Shown here piece after piece: positions 1 through 8,844 of a DNA stretch of 64,000 nt. How positions within the stretch are numbered: position 1 is the first letter of the stretch; every line of letters begins with the position of its first letter. A program made the position numbers and the translations under genes. The DNA is from a virus. The notes under the pieces were generated by a model. That model worked only from the letters and a program-made list of their open reading frames with translations. It ran no database searches and had not been told where the DNA came from. Location: the UHGV virus genome UHGV-0229283. One strand, written 5' to 3'.

Positions 1-699
1 CGTCGAACTTGTTATACTCTTCCATCTCATCCCAAGCCTCGGGGTTACCTTTCAAGCACTCATCCCACAGTAGGTGTCCTGGGAATTTGGTGTGCTTAGA
101 CTTCTTGTATTTCGTACACAGGCGATCGGTCAGATATTCCAGCTTGTTGGAGGTGAATCCAAACAGGGCTTTGGCGATAAGCATGGTATCGATAATACGG
201 AAGGTTGATGGCTTATCCATTCCATTCAATAGGAAACGAGCATTGACCTTCTTAATGTCGAACTTACGGACATTATGCCCAACAACAAAATCCGCTTCAT
301 CAAGCAAGTCCCACAGGTCTTGAAGGATAGATGCATCACTTTCCTTATCGTAGTTATCACGGATATCGCGATAAATGACCTCGTCCTGGTCAGCCCATTT
401 GGCTACGAAAGATAGCATGTACCAGTCAGAAACCATCTGGTTAAGCCCAATTCCATTCTGCCATAGACTCCAGAGATGCCCCTTCAGCGGTGCAGTCTCG
501 ATATCTAAGAACAGGATCTTGGCTTTCTTATAGTCCGATACTAAGGCCTTTGTTAAAGGCGTAGACTCTGCGCTATGACGCTTAAGAACCAAACGGATGT
601 ATGACTCTCTCGACTCTTTTCCAAGGAATGTGCGAGCAATTTCACGGTTACTCATTCCGCTTTCATGAAGTTCTATAATCTTTTTATCTACAGGTAGCA
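1..699 (-). CDS. DEDDh-type 3'-5' exonuclease domain protein with N-terminal helix-turn-helix (partial, C-terminus lies beyond window start)
   Basis: Minus-strand ORF absent from track because it runs off the window edge; ATG at 697-699 (complement). Translation MLPVDKKIIELHESGMSNREIARTF...KAKILFLDIETAPLKGHLW...VVGHNVRKFD shows a DnaQ/RNase T-like Exo I motif (DIE) and an HTH-like N-terminus. Confidence 0.5.
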
Positions 700-903
700 T
701 TACACCTCTCGGACGAATTCAATGATATCATTCACAGCGAAATCTCTAAAGTCTTGTTTATCGAGGTCATAACCTCTAATAAACCATTGAGAGTTCTTGT
801 GATACTGGGTAGACCCATACCACATGACGGGTTCTTCTACAGTACGATATCCGCACTTACCTCGCCAATTTCTGTAAAAGAATTTAAGTGGTTTCTTTGG
901 CAT
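700..903 (-). CDS. hypothetical protein
   Basis: 67-aa ORF; stop/start overlaps the upstream gene, placing it in the same minus-strand operon. Confidence 0.35.
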   Translation of the reverse strand: MPKKPLKFFYRNWRGKCGYRTVEEPVMWYGSTQYHKNSQWFIRGYDLDKQDFRDFAVNDIIEFVREV

Positions 904-1378
904 GTTTTTCCTCCGTCTGCTTGACGAACTCTGTAAGGTATAGCAAGAGGCTGTCTTGTTTCTGAGTACCTTCGGGGATAATTATGCCAAGGTCCGCCTT
1001 AGCTCTTTCAATTATCTTCTCGTTGGTGCATCTTCTCAAAAACTTCAACATATCGTTCTTAAACCCGCCGTGAAGCGGATAGCCACTGAAGTCTTGCTCT
1101 AAGTAATCTGCCAAATTTCTAAGAGCGGTGGATAACGACGTCTGAGTATTCTCTGAAACGTACTTCATCCAAGCCTTCAGGACATATCCCTCAAAAGTAT
1201 TCACGCACTGACTAAGGACACCTCTGCATTTACCTTCGAAATGGTCATGATCCAAGCACGGCTTACGAAGTGGCTCGCCGAGTATAGGATCTAACCCTTG
1301 CTGCTCCAGAATCAATTTGTTTCTGAAAGCAGCAATCTGCTTTGCATCTTTCACCCAAAGTTCCGGTGTTAATGGCAC
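884..1378 (-). CDS. endonuclease VII-like Holliday-junction resolvase
   Basis: Motif PCLDHDHFEGKCRGVLSQCVNTFEG matches the Endonuclease_7 (T4 gp49-type) signature DHDH..G.RG.LC..CN..G. Confidence 0.65.
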   Translation of the reverse strand: MPLTPELWVKDAKQIAAFRNKLILEQQGLDPILGEPLRKPCLDHDHFEGKCRGVLSQCVNTFEGYVLKAWMKYVSENTQTSLSTALRNLADYLEQDFSGYPLHGGFKNDMLKFLRRCTNEKIIERAKADLGIIIPEGTQKQDSLLLYLTEFVKQTEEKHAKETT

Positions 1379-1422
1379 AACTACTGGCTTCTTCCTTGCT
1401 TTTGGTTTGGATGCTCGACTCT

Positions 1423-2037
1423 TTATTCTTTTCCTACGGATATATCCTCCAAGAACTTCTTCCCTATCAAATATGCATCTGCGTAGTCAGCCTTTCCGGC
1501 GGCAAGAGTCATTCCGTCAAGCCAACCTGGGAAATCACAATCTACGGCTCTCACCATGTGCGATTTTTCCATTTTAACCTGACCTGTGGAGTATACCTTT
1601 TTCCCGGTCTTTTTGTCAACCTTTTCTTTAACAACTGTGCGTTCTGATTCAGGCAAAAGTGCTCTGGCATAAGCCTTCACAGAGGTAGGGGCTACAGTAT
1701 GGATCGCTTGATACCCCAAAATTGCTGACTGATACAACCCGTACACAATACAGTAGAACAGACCAGCCAAATCCCGAGTGGCGCTGCCGATAGAACTAAG
1801 GCTAAGGGCCTCCATAACATATTTGTCAATCCGATGTTCTTCAGCCAAAGTAAGGATTCTGCCAACAATGAACCTAATCTGTTCATGAACATTGTCAAAA
1901 TAAATAACATCCTTGTTTTTCTTGCTCTTGCTATTGTTTGAGCCTGTTCTGATCATTTCCCGGTAAACAGGCACTCCATCATCGAATATGACAACAGCAC
2001 AATGGCTAAGACTCTGATCAACCGACATCAGCTTCAT
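1423..2037 (-). CDS. hypothetical protein (possible RuvC-fold nuclease)
   Basis: 204-aa ORF with weak resemblance to RuvC-type resolvases (acidic residues near the N-terminus VVIFDDG; IGSATRDLAGL; C-terminal acidic cluster). Not diagnostic. Confidence 0.3.
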   Translation of the reverse strand: MKLMSVDQSLSHCAVVIFDDGVPVYREMIRTGSNNSKSKKNKDVIYFDNVHEQIRFIVGRILTLAEEHRIDKYVMEALSLSSIGSATRDLAGLFYCIVYGLYQSAILGYQAIHTVAPTSVKAYARALLPESERTVVKEKVDKKTGKKVYSTGQVKMEKSHMVRAVDCDFPGWLDGMTLAAGKADYADAYLIGKKFLEDISVGKE

Positions 2038-2338
2038 CGGTTACCTCCGAGTCATTTTGGTCCTTGAAGACAACAAGCGAGAATTCTTGAGTGTCTAGCA
2101 AAACGCTTGTTAACATCAACAGCTTCTCACCTTCTACCAGCTCGCAATCATCCAGAAGCAATACGGTGAATGCAACATTCGGATCAGTATAGTCATCAGT
2201 GAAAATCACATAGCAATCATCACCAGACTCAACCATGCGCCACAATCCTGTGGCGACTAAGAATTTACCCTTGACGCTGGGAACAGCCAGCGCCTCAGCA
2301 TCCCTCATAACTGCCTGCATGATTAAGTTATCAATCAT
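2018..2338 (-). CDS. hypothetical protein
   Basis: 106-aa ORF overlapping neighbours by a few nt in the operon. Confidence 0.35.
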   Translation of the reverse strand: MIDNLIMQAVMRDAEALAVPSVKGKFLVATGLWRMVESGDDCYVIFTDDYTDPNVAFTVLLLDDCELVEGEKLLMLTSVLLDTQEFSLVVFKDQNDSEVTDEADVG

Positions 2339-3480
2339 ATAACCCCCACACGACGTAACTCGCTTGAAAGGGTTGTCTTATCATTTGCAGAACGTTTCAT
2401 GTAGACCATCTGGAAAATGATAGATGCCCACTGACCTGCACTCATTTTCCGTTGTGTGCCGTCCCACGAAGTGAACTCAACACCGTTCGGGAACCAGGTT
2501 TTATACTGGTTAATGATCGCTTGCCACATGGATTTCTCATCCTGAAGGTGTCCGATCAGGTTGAATGCAGCCGTATCACCGAAACGTCCAGCGATATCGA
2601 AACACTGGTAAGGCTTGATGTTATCTGAGCTATCACCGCAAAGCATCTGGTAACCGAAGAACTTACGTCCCCATCCCTTGACCTTGCTACCTTCCATCCA
2701 GATCTCACCCATAGAATCATCGATTAACATAGGGATCGGGTGCTTCCATGTCTTCTCTTCTGAATCGCGCATAGTATCGAAGATAAGTCCAGGATTTCCT
2801 TTCTGGTCTTTATCAAATGATGCCACGATGTAGTTGAACTTCCCGGTCTTCTGGTAATTCTCCCACCCCATGTAGGCAAGAACAGACAAATAATCATCTG
2901 CTTCAACACCATTGATCACCTTAGCGTTATACTTCCGGGTAACATAATCCCTTGTTTCTTGAAGAAGGAGTGGGCGTAATGTATCCTCACGATTACCCTT
3001 GTAACGCTCTGGAGCTGGGAGCATAAGGCGGAAGTTACCCTCACCACCAAGTACACCCATCCCTGTATTGCTTTCCATCTCAAGGTGTTCAAAGATAGCA
3101 TTGATCTTTGTCTTCAGGATATGAAGACAGTTTTCTACAGGCTCAGGCGTTTGAATGTCCTCGATGAGGAAATCATCACGACCCCAAGGAGTAAACTCCC
3201 TGCCTTCAGCTTTTGCCTTCACCTCCATATTGGCGTTCTGGTCTTTCAACCAACCACCAACCACCCTTTTGGTGGAACCCCAGAATTCTGTTCTGTTGCG
3301 GAAGATTTTAGTCCTGCCTGTTTTGATATGTGTTGCTTTTATCGTCCTCTTTTCGGCACCCGCCGCTGAAACAAAGCAGGTCTGATCCAAGTCCAAAGCC
3401 AAAACACAATCAGGTGTAACTAAGGATTTCCAATCCTTGCAATACGGATAAGCCAACATTCCTCCTACTATAAACCACAA
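2335..3480 (-). CDS. 5'-3' exonuclease / flap endonuclease (T4 RNase H / T5 D15 family)
   Basis: Motifs GEGNFRL, EADD and CGDSSDNI (GD.SDNIPG-like) typical of the 53EXO/FEN family. Confidence 0.7.
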   Translation of the reverse strand: MWFIVGGMLAYPYCKDWKSLVTPDCVLALDLDQTCFVSAAGAEKRTIKATHIKTGRTKIFRNRTEFWGSTKRVVGGWLKDQNANMEVKAKAEGREFTPWGRDDFLIEDIQTPEPVENCLHILKTKINAIFEHLEMESNTGMGVLGGEGNFRLMLPAPERYKGNREDTLRPLLLQETRDYVTRKYNAKVINGVEADDYLSVLAYMGWENYQKTGKFNYIVASFDKDQKGNPGLIFDTMRDSEEKTWKHPIPMLIDDSMGEIWMEGSKVKGWGRKFFGYQMLCGDSSDNIKPYQCFDIAGRFGDTAAFNLIGHLQDEKSMWQAIINQYKTWFPNGVEFTSWDGTQRKMSAGQWASIIFQMVYMKRSANDKTTLSSELRRVGVI

Positions 3481-3956
3481 TTCTCGTGAAAATCATACTC
3501 TATCTCAGCAGCCTTACGTGCATTAATTGCAGAGTCCTTATCCTTGAAGTTCCCGAGATGGACTAGCGTCCCATCGACTCCTATAGACGCCACCCAACAG
3601 TCGTCCCTTTTATGATAATGCACACCAGAAACGCCTGATAGGTTGTTTTTCATCTTGGATTTGTTTTTACAATTGTCCTTTTTGGTTACCAAACGTAGAT
3701 TCTCAAATCTGTTGTCCCACCGCACATGATTTACGTGGTCTATTTCAAATCCGGCAGGTATTTCTCCTTTATGGATCATCCAGGCCACCCTGTGTGCCAG
3801 GTCCTTTATGCCATTGGCAGAAACTGAGATGTACCCTTTCTTGGTTTTGTAACCTGCTGGAGATCCAATTTTAGATCTTTTTCCAGACCTGATTTTCCAC
3901 AAAAGTTCGCCAGTTGAGGGATTGTAATCAAAATAACGCTTCCAATGGTCAATCAT
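3468..3956 (-). CDS. HNH homing endonuclease with AP2-type DNA-binding domain
   Basis: IDHVNHVRWDNRFENLRLVTKKDN (HNH_3) followed by SGVSGVHYHKRDDCWVASIGVDGTLVHLGNFKDKDSAINARK (AP2 domain). Confidence 0.75.
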   Translation of the reverse strand: MIDHWKRYFDYNPSTGELLWKIRSGKRSKIGSPAGYKTKKGYISVSANGIKDLAHRVAWMIHKGEIPAGFEIDHVNHVRWDNRFENLRLVTKKDNCKNKSKMKNNLSGVSGVHYHKRDDCWVASIGVDGTLVHLGNFKDKDSAINARKAAEIEYDFHENCGL

Positions 3957-4383
3957 CTAAATACTCGTCCAAATACCGGACATCCAATTCCCACTTTTCG
4001 CGCTTGCTTCGCTCATGATACAAATCAAACGCTTCCTTAACATATTTCTCTGCCACAGGGCGACTAACTTCATTCACTCTCATAAAGTGACGAAGGGCAA
4101 TTTCACCACGCCCACGGATCCCTGCCAAACCAATATGCTTGACTTCATGACAGGAAGGACATAGCGCGATTAAACCTATCAGAGTTATCTTACCGTCTCC
4201 GAAATTCCACTTCTCATGGCATTCAACAGGGTGTTTTGTTCCTTTACCCCCGCAGATTTCACATCGATAATTGGCCTTCGCATAACACTTCTTTCTGACA
4301 ACATCCCACTGGGCTTTGGGGAGACGGGATCGGAGATTAGTAAACCACGCGGTCTTTGGAACTAGTTCAATCTCTAATTTCAA
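3949..4383 (-). CDS. HNH-type zinc-binding nuclease
   Basis: YRCEICGG...HPVECHEKWNF...LIALCPSCHEVKH shows the C-x2-C...H...C-x2-C-H HNH pattern. Likely TTG start at 4381-4383 (complement) preceded by GGAGGTG; track start at 4437 lacks an RBS. Confidence 0.5.
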   Translation of the reverse strand: MKLEIELVPKTAWFTNLRSRLPKAQWDVVRKKCYAKANYRCEICGGKGTKHPVECHEKWNFGDGKITLIGLIALCPSCHEVKHIGLAGIRGRGEIALRHFMRVNEVSRPVAEKYVKEAFDLYHERSKREKWELDVRYLDEYLDD

Positions 4384-4384
4384 A

Positions 4385-4936
4385 TCACCTCCACGTTGCA
4401 GCAACAACAATATCAATAGCTCGTTCCCAGCACTCACCGAGAAGATTCAAACCACGCCAGTTGGTTGGGTCATCGATACGTGTGTCATATTCGTTTAATT
4501 TAACACCCCAGATGGCATCATAAGGGGAGGCTTCCACAAACTTACGACCAGCATCCCGATGCCCAAGCGCCGCTTCTAGAACAGACCTGTTGGCCTTCAT
4601 TTTCAATACAAGGCCTGAAGTCACAATATCCATTCTATTCTCTTCCCAGACGCTGTTGTCGAAACCTTTTACCTGACGACCAAGAGCTTTGGCCTCATTC
4701 GGGTTATCAACCGTAGCGATGCGGGAAGCAATTTCTTTGTCATCGAAGAGCATTGCCTTCTGGAACATCATGTAATGTTCTACAGTGAAAAACTCGTAAC
4801 CACCACAACGAATAGGAATAACCTGGCGGTAGTGATTACTGAACATATCTCGGTATGTGAAGAAGAAGACGTATTTATCAGTTACTCGCATCATTGCCTC
4901 AATGAAATGTTTTCTTACTTGGACAAGAACCAGCAC
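4385..4936 (-). CDS. NADAR domain protein (YbiA/DUF1768 family)
   Basis: FSNHYRQVIPIRCGGYEFFTVEHYMMFQKAMLFDDKEIASRI matches the NADAR core (SNF..., GxxYxxxEHxxQxxK). Confidence 0.6.
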   Translation of the reverse strand: MLVLVQVRKHFIEAMMRVTDKYVFFFTYRDMFSNHYRQVIPIRCGGYEFFTVEHYMMFQKAMLFDDKEIASRIATVDNPNEAKALGRQVKGFDNSVWEENRMDIVTSGLVLKMKANRSVLEAALGHRDAGRKFVEASPYDAIWGVKLNEYDTRIDDPTNWRGLNLLGECWERAIDIVVAATWR

Positions 4937-5123
4937 CTTCTTTCAGAACAGATTCTGTGCGATTACCGTCGCTGTAGATGCATACTTTAGAGCTTCCATC
5001 GGTGTATTCATCCACCAAAGAAAGTGTGTTGACTGTGGCAAATGCTGGGGAAGAGATTAATAAGAGACACATCACAACCACACCTGTGAGAACTCCAAAA
5101 AGATAGCTGCGAATACTCATCAT
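4899..5123 (-). CDS. small secreted/membrane protein
   Basis: 74-aa ORF with N-terminal hydrophobic signal-like segment (VLTGVVVMCLLLISSPAFA). Confidence 0.3.
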   Translation of the reverse strand: MMSIRSYLFGVLTGVVVMCLLLISSPAFATVNTLSLVDEYTDGSSKVCIYSDGNRTESVLKEGAGSCPSKKTFH

Positions 5124-5182
5124 GAGACTCCTTTATTAAGTTGAGACCCGATGATACTAATCACCGGGCCTTTTGTCAACCT

Positions 5183-6073
5183 TTACTTACCTGCTGGCAG
5201 ATTTACGAAAGGTACTGCACCGTTGCCACCCATAATGGTCGGGGTTTTACCGTCCCACTTGTTGATCGCTTCCAGTTGCATGATTTCAGGGTTCTTACGG
5301 AGAGCATCACCACGCAGTTGGATGGATTCTGCTTCACCTTTTGCCAGTGCTACTTTAGCATCTGCTTCACCCTGAGCTTGCAGTCGCTTAGATTCAGCTT
5401 CACCGCGAGCGGCTTCGATCTGTTTCTGAGCTTCAGCCTTGGTCTGCTGAATTTCGTTTTCACGCAGCAGCGCTTTCTGAGTCGCTTCGATCTTAGCGTT
5501 GATGGACGCAGTTACCTGAGGAGGATAACCAAGGTCATCGGTGTAAGACAGTTTCACAATAACGATGCCTACCGGATCAAGTTTCTGCTTCAGCGTCTTT
5601 GTCACTCGGTCCAGAAGCTGAGATTTACCATCACCAGCCAGAGTACCAATGTCCATTGTACCCGCTTCCTTGATCAACGCATCAGAGATATTCTGACGAA
5701 TGTTGACATCGGTAATCTCCTGGACGCCTTTACGGTAGGTCTGGAAGATCTTGGTAACCTTAGAGCGGTCAACGTAATACTCAACACCGATCTTCGCAGT
5801 AACCGTCATAGAATCTTTGGTCTGGAAGTTGAACGGCTGCTCGTAGTTGTTCAACTGGTTAAACGTCGGGAACTGATAGATCTCTTCGTTCCAGGTTAAC
5901 CAATACTTACCAACGCCAACTTCTTGCTGCTGAACGCCTTTCTCATCACCATACAGGTCAACCTTAACGCCCACATAACCCGCCGGAACAGTTGCACGTT
6001 CACAACCAGTCAGACCAATTGCACCCAGGGCGATCAGGCCAGCAAATACTACGCGTTTGATATTCTTAAGCAT
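5183..6073 (-). CDS. SPFH/band-7 (stomatin/prohibitin/HflC-like) lipoprotein
   Basis: N-terminal lipobox (LTGC), central band-7 region, C-terminal Ala/Glu/Gln/Lys-rich coiled coil (QKQIEAARGEAESKRLQAQGEADAK). Confidence 0.65.
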   Translation of the reverse strand: MLKNIKRVVFAGLIALGAIGLTGCERATVPAGYVGVKVDLYGDEKGVQQQEVGVGKYWLTWNEEIYQFPTFNQLNNYEQPFNFQTKDSMTVTAKIGVEYYVDRSKVTKIFQTYRKGVQEITDVNIRQNISDALIKEAGTMDIGTLAGDGKSQLLDRVTKTLKQKLDPVGIVIVKLSYTDDLGYPPQVTASINAKIEATQKALLRENEIQQTKAEAQKQIEAARGEAESKRLQAQGEADAKVALAKGEAESIQLRGDALRKNPEIMQLEAINKWDGKTPTIMGGNGAVPFVNLPAGK

Positions 6074-6230
6074 TAGTTTGTTTCTCCTCTTTGATTTTAT
6101 ACTCAGTCTTTACGTTTTCATCAACGTGGTCATCTACGATTTTTGCAACATAAGATGCCGCAGACTTACCTTTGGACTTTGCCAAGTGCTGCAACTTTTC
6201 CCAAGTTGCCGCCTTCAGATTTAGCAACAT
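6063..6230 (-). CDS. small ribbon-helix-helix-like DNA-binding protein
   Basis: 56-codon ORF below the track size cutoff: MLLNLKAATWEKLQHLAKSKGKSAASYVAKIVDDHVDEN... resembles Arc/CopG RHH proteins. ATG overlaps the upstream stop (TAATG) and its end overlaps the SPFH gene start. Confidence 0.35.
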
Positions 6231-6430
6231 TATCGATCTCCTTCAGCGCTTGTCTTCGGAATGAAGACCTTACGCAACCAGTACCATACGACAACCGGGG
6301 CAGTGAAGACTAAGGCAAACCCGCCAATAACACTGATTGTATCTTTGGCAGAAACCAGAGTTGGGACACCAAACCCGAATACGACGCAGATGAAGACAAA
6401 TAGGCCAACACCATTAAGGTAGTATTTCAT
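6230..6430 (-). CDS. small membrane protein
   Basis: 66-aa ORF with two hydrophobic helices. Confidence 0.35.
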   Translation of the reverse strand: MKYYLNGVGLFVFICVVFGFGVPTLVSAKDTISVIGGFALVFTAPVVVWYWLRKVFIPKTSAEGDR

Positions 6431-6789
6431 TATTCAGTGTCCTCAGCACCATCATCGGCTTCAGTCTGTGCAACATTGGGTGTTCCACGACCAAACAGAA
6501 TATCTGCCTCGGTGAAGACTTCTTTTTCTGCCTCTAATGCAGCAGTTTTCTTTTCGGCTTCGAAGCGAACATCATACTCGCGCTTCACCAGACTATTGAA
6601 GAATTTTGGAGAGATATTATGCGTTTCTTTCTCCACAGAGCGAATATCTTTGATCTGGTCTTTCAGATCAGCGATTTGACGCTGGAGATCAACCACTTCA
6701 GTTACGCTATCTTTTAGGCGTTTACGCTGAACTGGGTCAGACGGCAGGGAGGTGATCAGTTCGATTTTGATTTTTGGCATACGTGGCAT
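6430..6789 (-). CDS. hypothetical protein
   Basis: 119-aa acidic ORF in the operon. Confidence 0.4.
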   Translation of the reverse strand: MPRMPKIKIELITSLPSDPVQRKRLKDSVTEVVDLQRQIADLKDQIKDIRSVEKETHNISPKFFNSLVKREYDVRFEAEKKTAALEAEKEVFTEADILFGRGTPNVAQTEADDGAEDTE

Positions 6790-6851
6790 ATATTGCTCCT
6801 TTGTTTGGTTTAGTGTGGTCAGTATAACCGTTCAGTTTTATTTGTCAAGCT

Positions 6852-7076
6852 TCAATTGTCAATGCCGACAATTTTTCCGCCCATTCTCTCGATCTGGTTG
6901 ACATGAGATACCAGTGTGCCGAGTGTGCATTCATAAGCGTATTTCTTTACGCCACCCCAACGACGCTTCATCGTGAAGCGGATAACATGACGGGAAGATG
7001 CCCCGCGATTCATGATGGTCATTTTAAGGCGTTTAGCCAAGGCAACAATTTCAGAATAATCAATATTTTCTTCCAC
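6852..7076 (-). CDS. hypothetical protein
   Basis: 74-aa ORF. Confidence 0.3.
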   Translation of the reverse strand: MEENIDYSEIVALAKRLKMTIMNRGASSRHVIRFTMKRRWGGVKKYAYECTLGTLVSHVNQIERMGGKIVGIDN

Positions 7077-7137
7077 TTCGTTCTCCTTTTGTCTTGATGG
7101 GGGTCATTATACAGACCCCATGTTCTTTGTCAAACGT

Positions 7138-7497
7138 TTATTTATCAGTTTCGAGGATACTTCTTTCTTTCACAAGGTCACGGTTCTCTGCCAAATCCTT
7201 TTCAAATTTGCTCGGGTAACGGGCCTTCAGCTTGCGAATGACACGGTTCTGCTCTGCATCGAAATCAGTATCGAGAGCATCCATCGCGATAGCCATATAC
7301 CACAGAAGGTCACCAAGCTCCTCTTTCAGATTAGTTGTGTCTAGGGATTTACCGTAGAACAGCGACTTTTTCAAAGCATCCTGAAACTCCGCTGCCTCCG
7401 TAACCAGCCCCATAGAAGCGTGGATCAGACGAGCGCCCACATTTTCCAGATAAAAATTGTCAGATTCGGTACGGATGGCATCTTTAATAAAGCTCAT
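7138..7497 (-). CDS. MazG-like nucleoside triphosphate pyrophosphohydrolase
   Basis: Signature EELGDLLWY and upstream metal-binding glutamates (EAAEFQD), typical of the all-alpha NTP-PPase family. Confidence 0.7.
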   Translation of the reverse strand: MSFIKDAIRTESDNFYLENVGARLIHASMGLVTEAAEFQDALKKSLFYGKSLDTTNLKEELGDLLWYMAIAMDALDTDFDAEQNRVIRKLKARYPSKFEKDLAENRDLVKERSILETDK

Positions 7498-7528
7498 TAT
7501 TTCTCCTTCAATTAGTTTTGAGAATTAT

Positions 7529-7765
7529 TCACTTGGACTTCAAAGAGTCGATGAATTGATCGTAGTCTGGCCTATCCCGTGCTGTAAAGTCAGCACTCAG
7601 TGATTTGGCTAGCTTAGAAATTAAAATAGTCGTAAAGTCATAGTCTGCCATATGTGCGTCCAACTCGATGATGAAGTCGATTAACTCATCGTAGGACCCA
7701 CCTGTCCTCATGAAATTGCAGGCTACATCTCCAGCATCTAGTTTAACGGGTAAGGTTACATTCAT
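7529..7765 (-). CDS. hypothetical protein
   Basis: 78-aa ORF. Confidence 0.35.
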   Translation of the reverse strand: MNVTLPVKLDAGDVACNFMRTGGSYDELIDFIIELDAHMADYDFTTILISKLAKSLSADFTARDRPDYDQFIDSLKSK

Positions 7766-7771
7766 AATACC

Positions 7772-8050
7772 TCAGATTGTTTTTTCAAAAACACCATCGA
7801 TGGCGTATTTAATTTTTTCCCAGGTTTCTTTATCGAAACCTACCATACCCCGCTGTTCATAACCTTGGCGAGAACGGTTGTCATAATGAGCTAACTCATT
7901 GTAAGAAAGGTTAACTGAACCTGGCAGATCAGGATCTGGACGAATTGACCATCTGTAGTTGTCGTTCATCGCAGAATCGTAGATATGCGCTTCAAAATCT
8001 ACAGTATTTTCTTTAATTTGATGCATCACCATCTCCTTGCGGTTGATCAC
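7772..8050 (-). CDS. hypothetical protein
   Basis: 92-aa ORF. Confidence 0.35.
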   Translation of the reverse strand: MINRKEMVMHQIKENTVDFEAHIYDSAMNDNYRWSIRPDPDLPGSVNLSYNELAHYDNRSRQGYEQRGMVGFDKETWEKIKYAIDGVFEKTI

Positions 8051-8363
8051 GACTGATACCTAAAGGTAGCCATGCCCCTGTTTTGCTTTTATACAGGCAG
8101 GTTGATTTGTACCATGAATAACTGGTCTCTGTATTCGCGGCCCAGCCGTCGAACTGACAAGTCATGGTATGCCATAATGGGACAGTAAGGGCCAGCGTAA
8201 CAAGGCCCATAACAAATACCCAGATGATCAGCAGACGTTTAACCTTTCCAGCAACCCAGTTAAAGAAATCATCCAGCTTATCTTTTCGGAATCTGTAAGC
8301 GGCATAAATGCCGCCTCCTGTTACAAATGATGCGCCTAGTAGCGCTAGCCAATACCAGATCAT
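8013..8363 (-). CDS. membrane protein
   Basis: 116-aa ORF with two predicted TM helices. Confidence 0.35.
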   Translation of the reverse strand: MIWYWLALLGASFVTGGGIYAAYRFRKDKLDDFFNWVAGKVKRLLIIWVFVMGLVTLALTVPLWHTMTCQFDGWAANTETSYSWYKSTCLYKSKTGAWLPLGISRDQPQGDGDASN

Positions 8364-8364
8364 T

Positions 8365-8844
8365 TTACTGTGCCTTTGTTACGATAATTTGAGTATCAGG
8401 GCGCACAGGGATTTGGGAACCATCGCCGAGAGTCAGGATAACATCCTCCCCCATCGCACCAGTATTCGTTACGGTATAAACCTTTCCGCAAAACATGATC
8501 TCATCACCCTTACGGATTGCTTTAGCTGGGTAGTTCCCAGGTTCCCGATCAGTGTCTTCCAGCGGGTCATATGTTGCATGGAAAATTTCTGATTTGCAAG
8601 GATAGAATTCTCCAGCCACCCCTTTAATTACATAATCCCCAGCAGAGGCTACGACCACCCCCTCTGGGGTTTTTATCTCTACAGTACGACCACAATCACG
8701 AGTGTGGATTTCGGAATCCTTCCACACACCAGTTTCCATCCAATTATGGATCTGCCCTGCGCTGGTTGACGACCCGTCAAACTTATGTGCTTCAACCTCT
8801 ACAGGTTTTTTACGATAAAATCCCATTAGTATACAGGCTCCCAT
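8365..8844 (-). CDS. hypothetical protein
   Basis: 159-aa ORF. Confidence 0.4.
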   Translation of the reverse strand: MGACILMGFYRKKPVEVEAHKFDGSSTSAGQIHNWMETGVWKDSEIHTRDCGRTVEIKTPEGVVVASAGDYVIKGVAGEFYPCKSEIFHATYDPLEDTDREPGNYPAKAIRKGDEIMFCGKVYTVTNTGAMGEDVILTLGDGSQIPVRPDTQIIVTKAQ

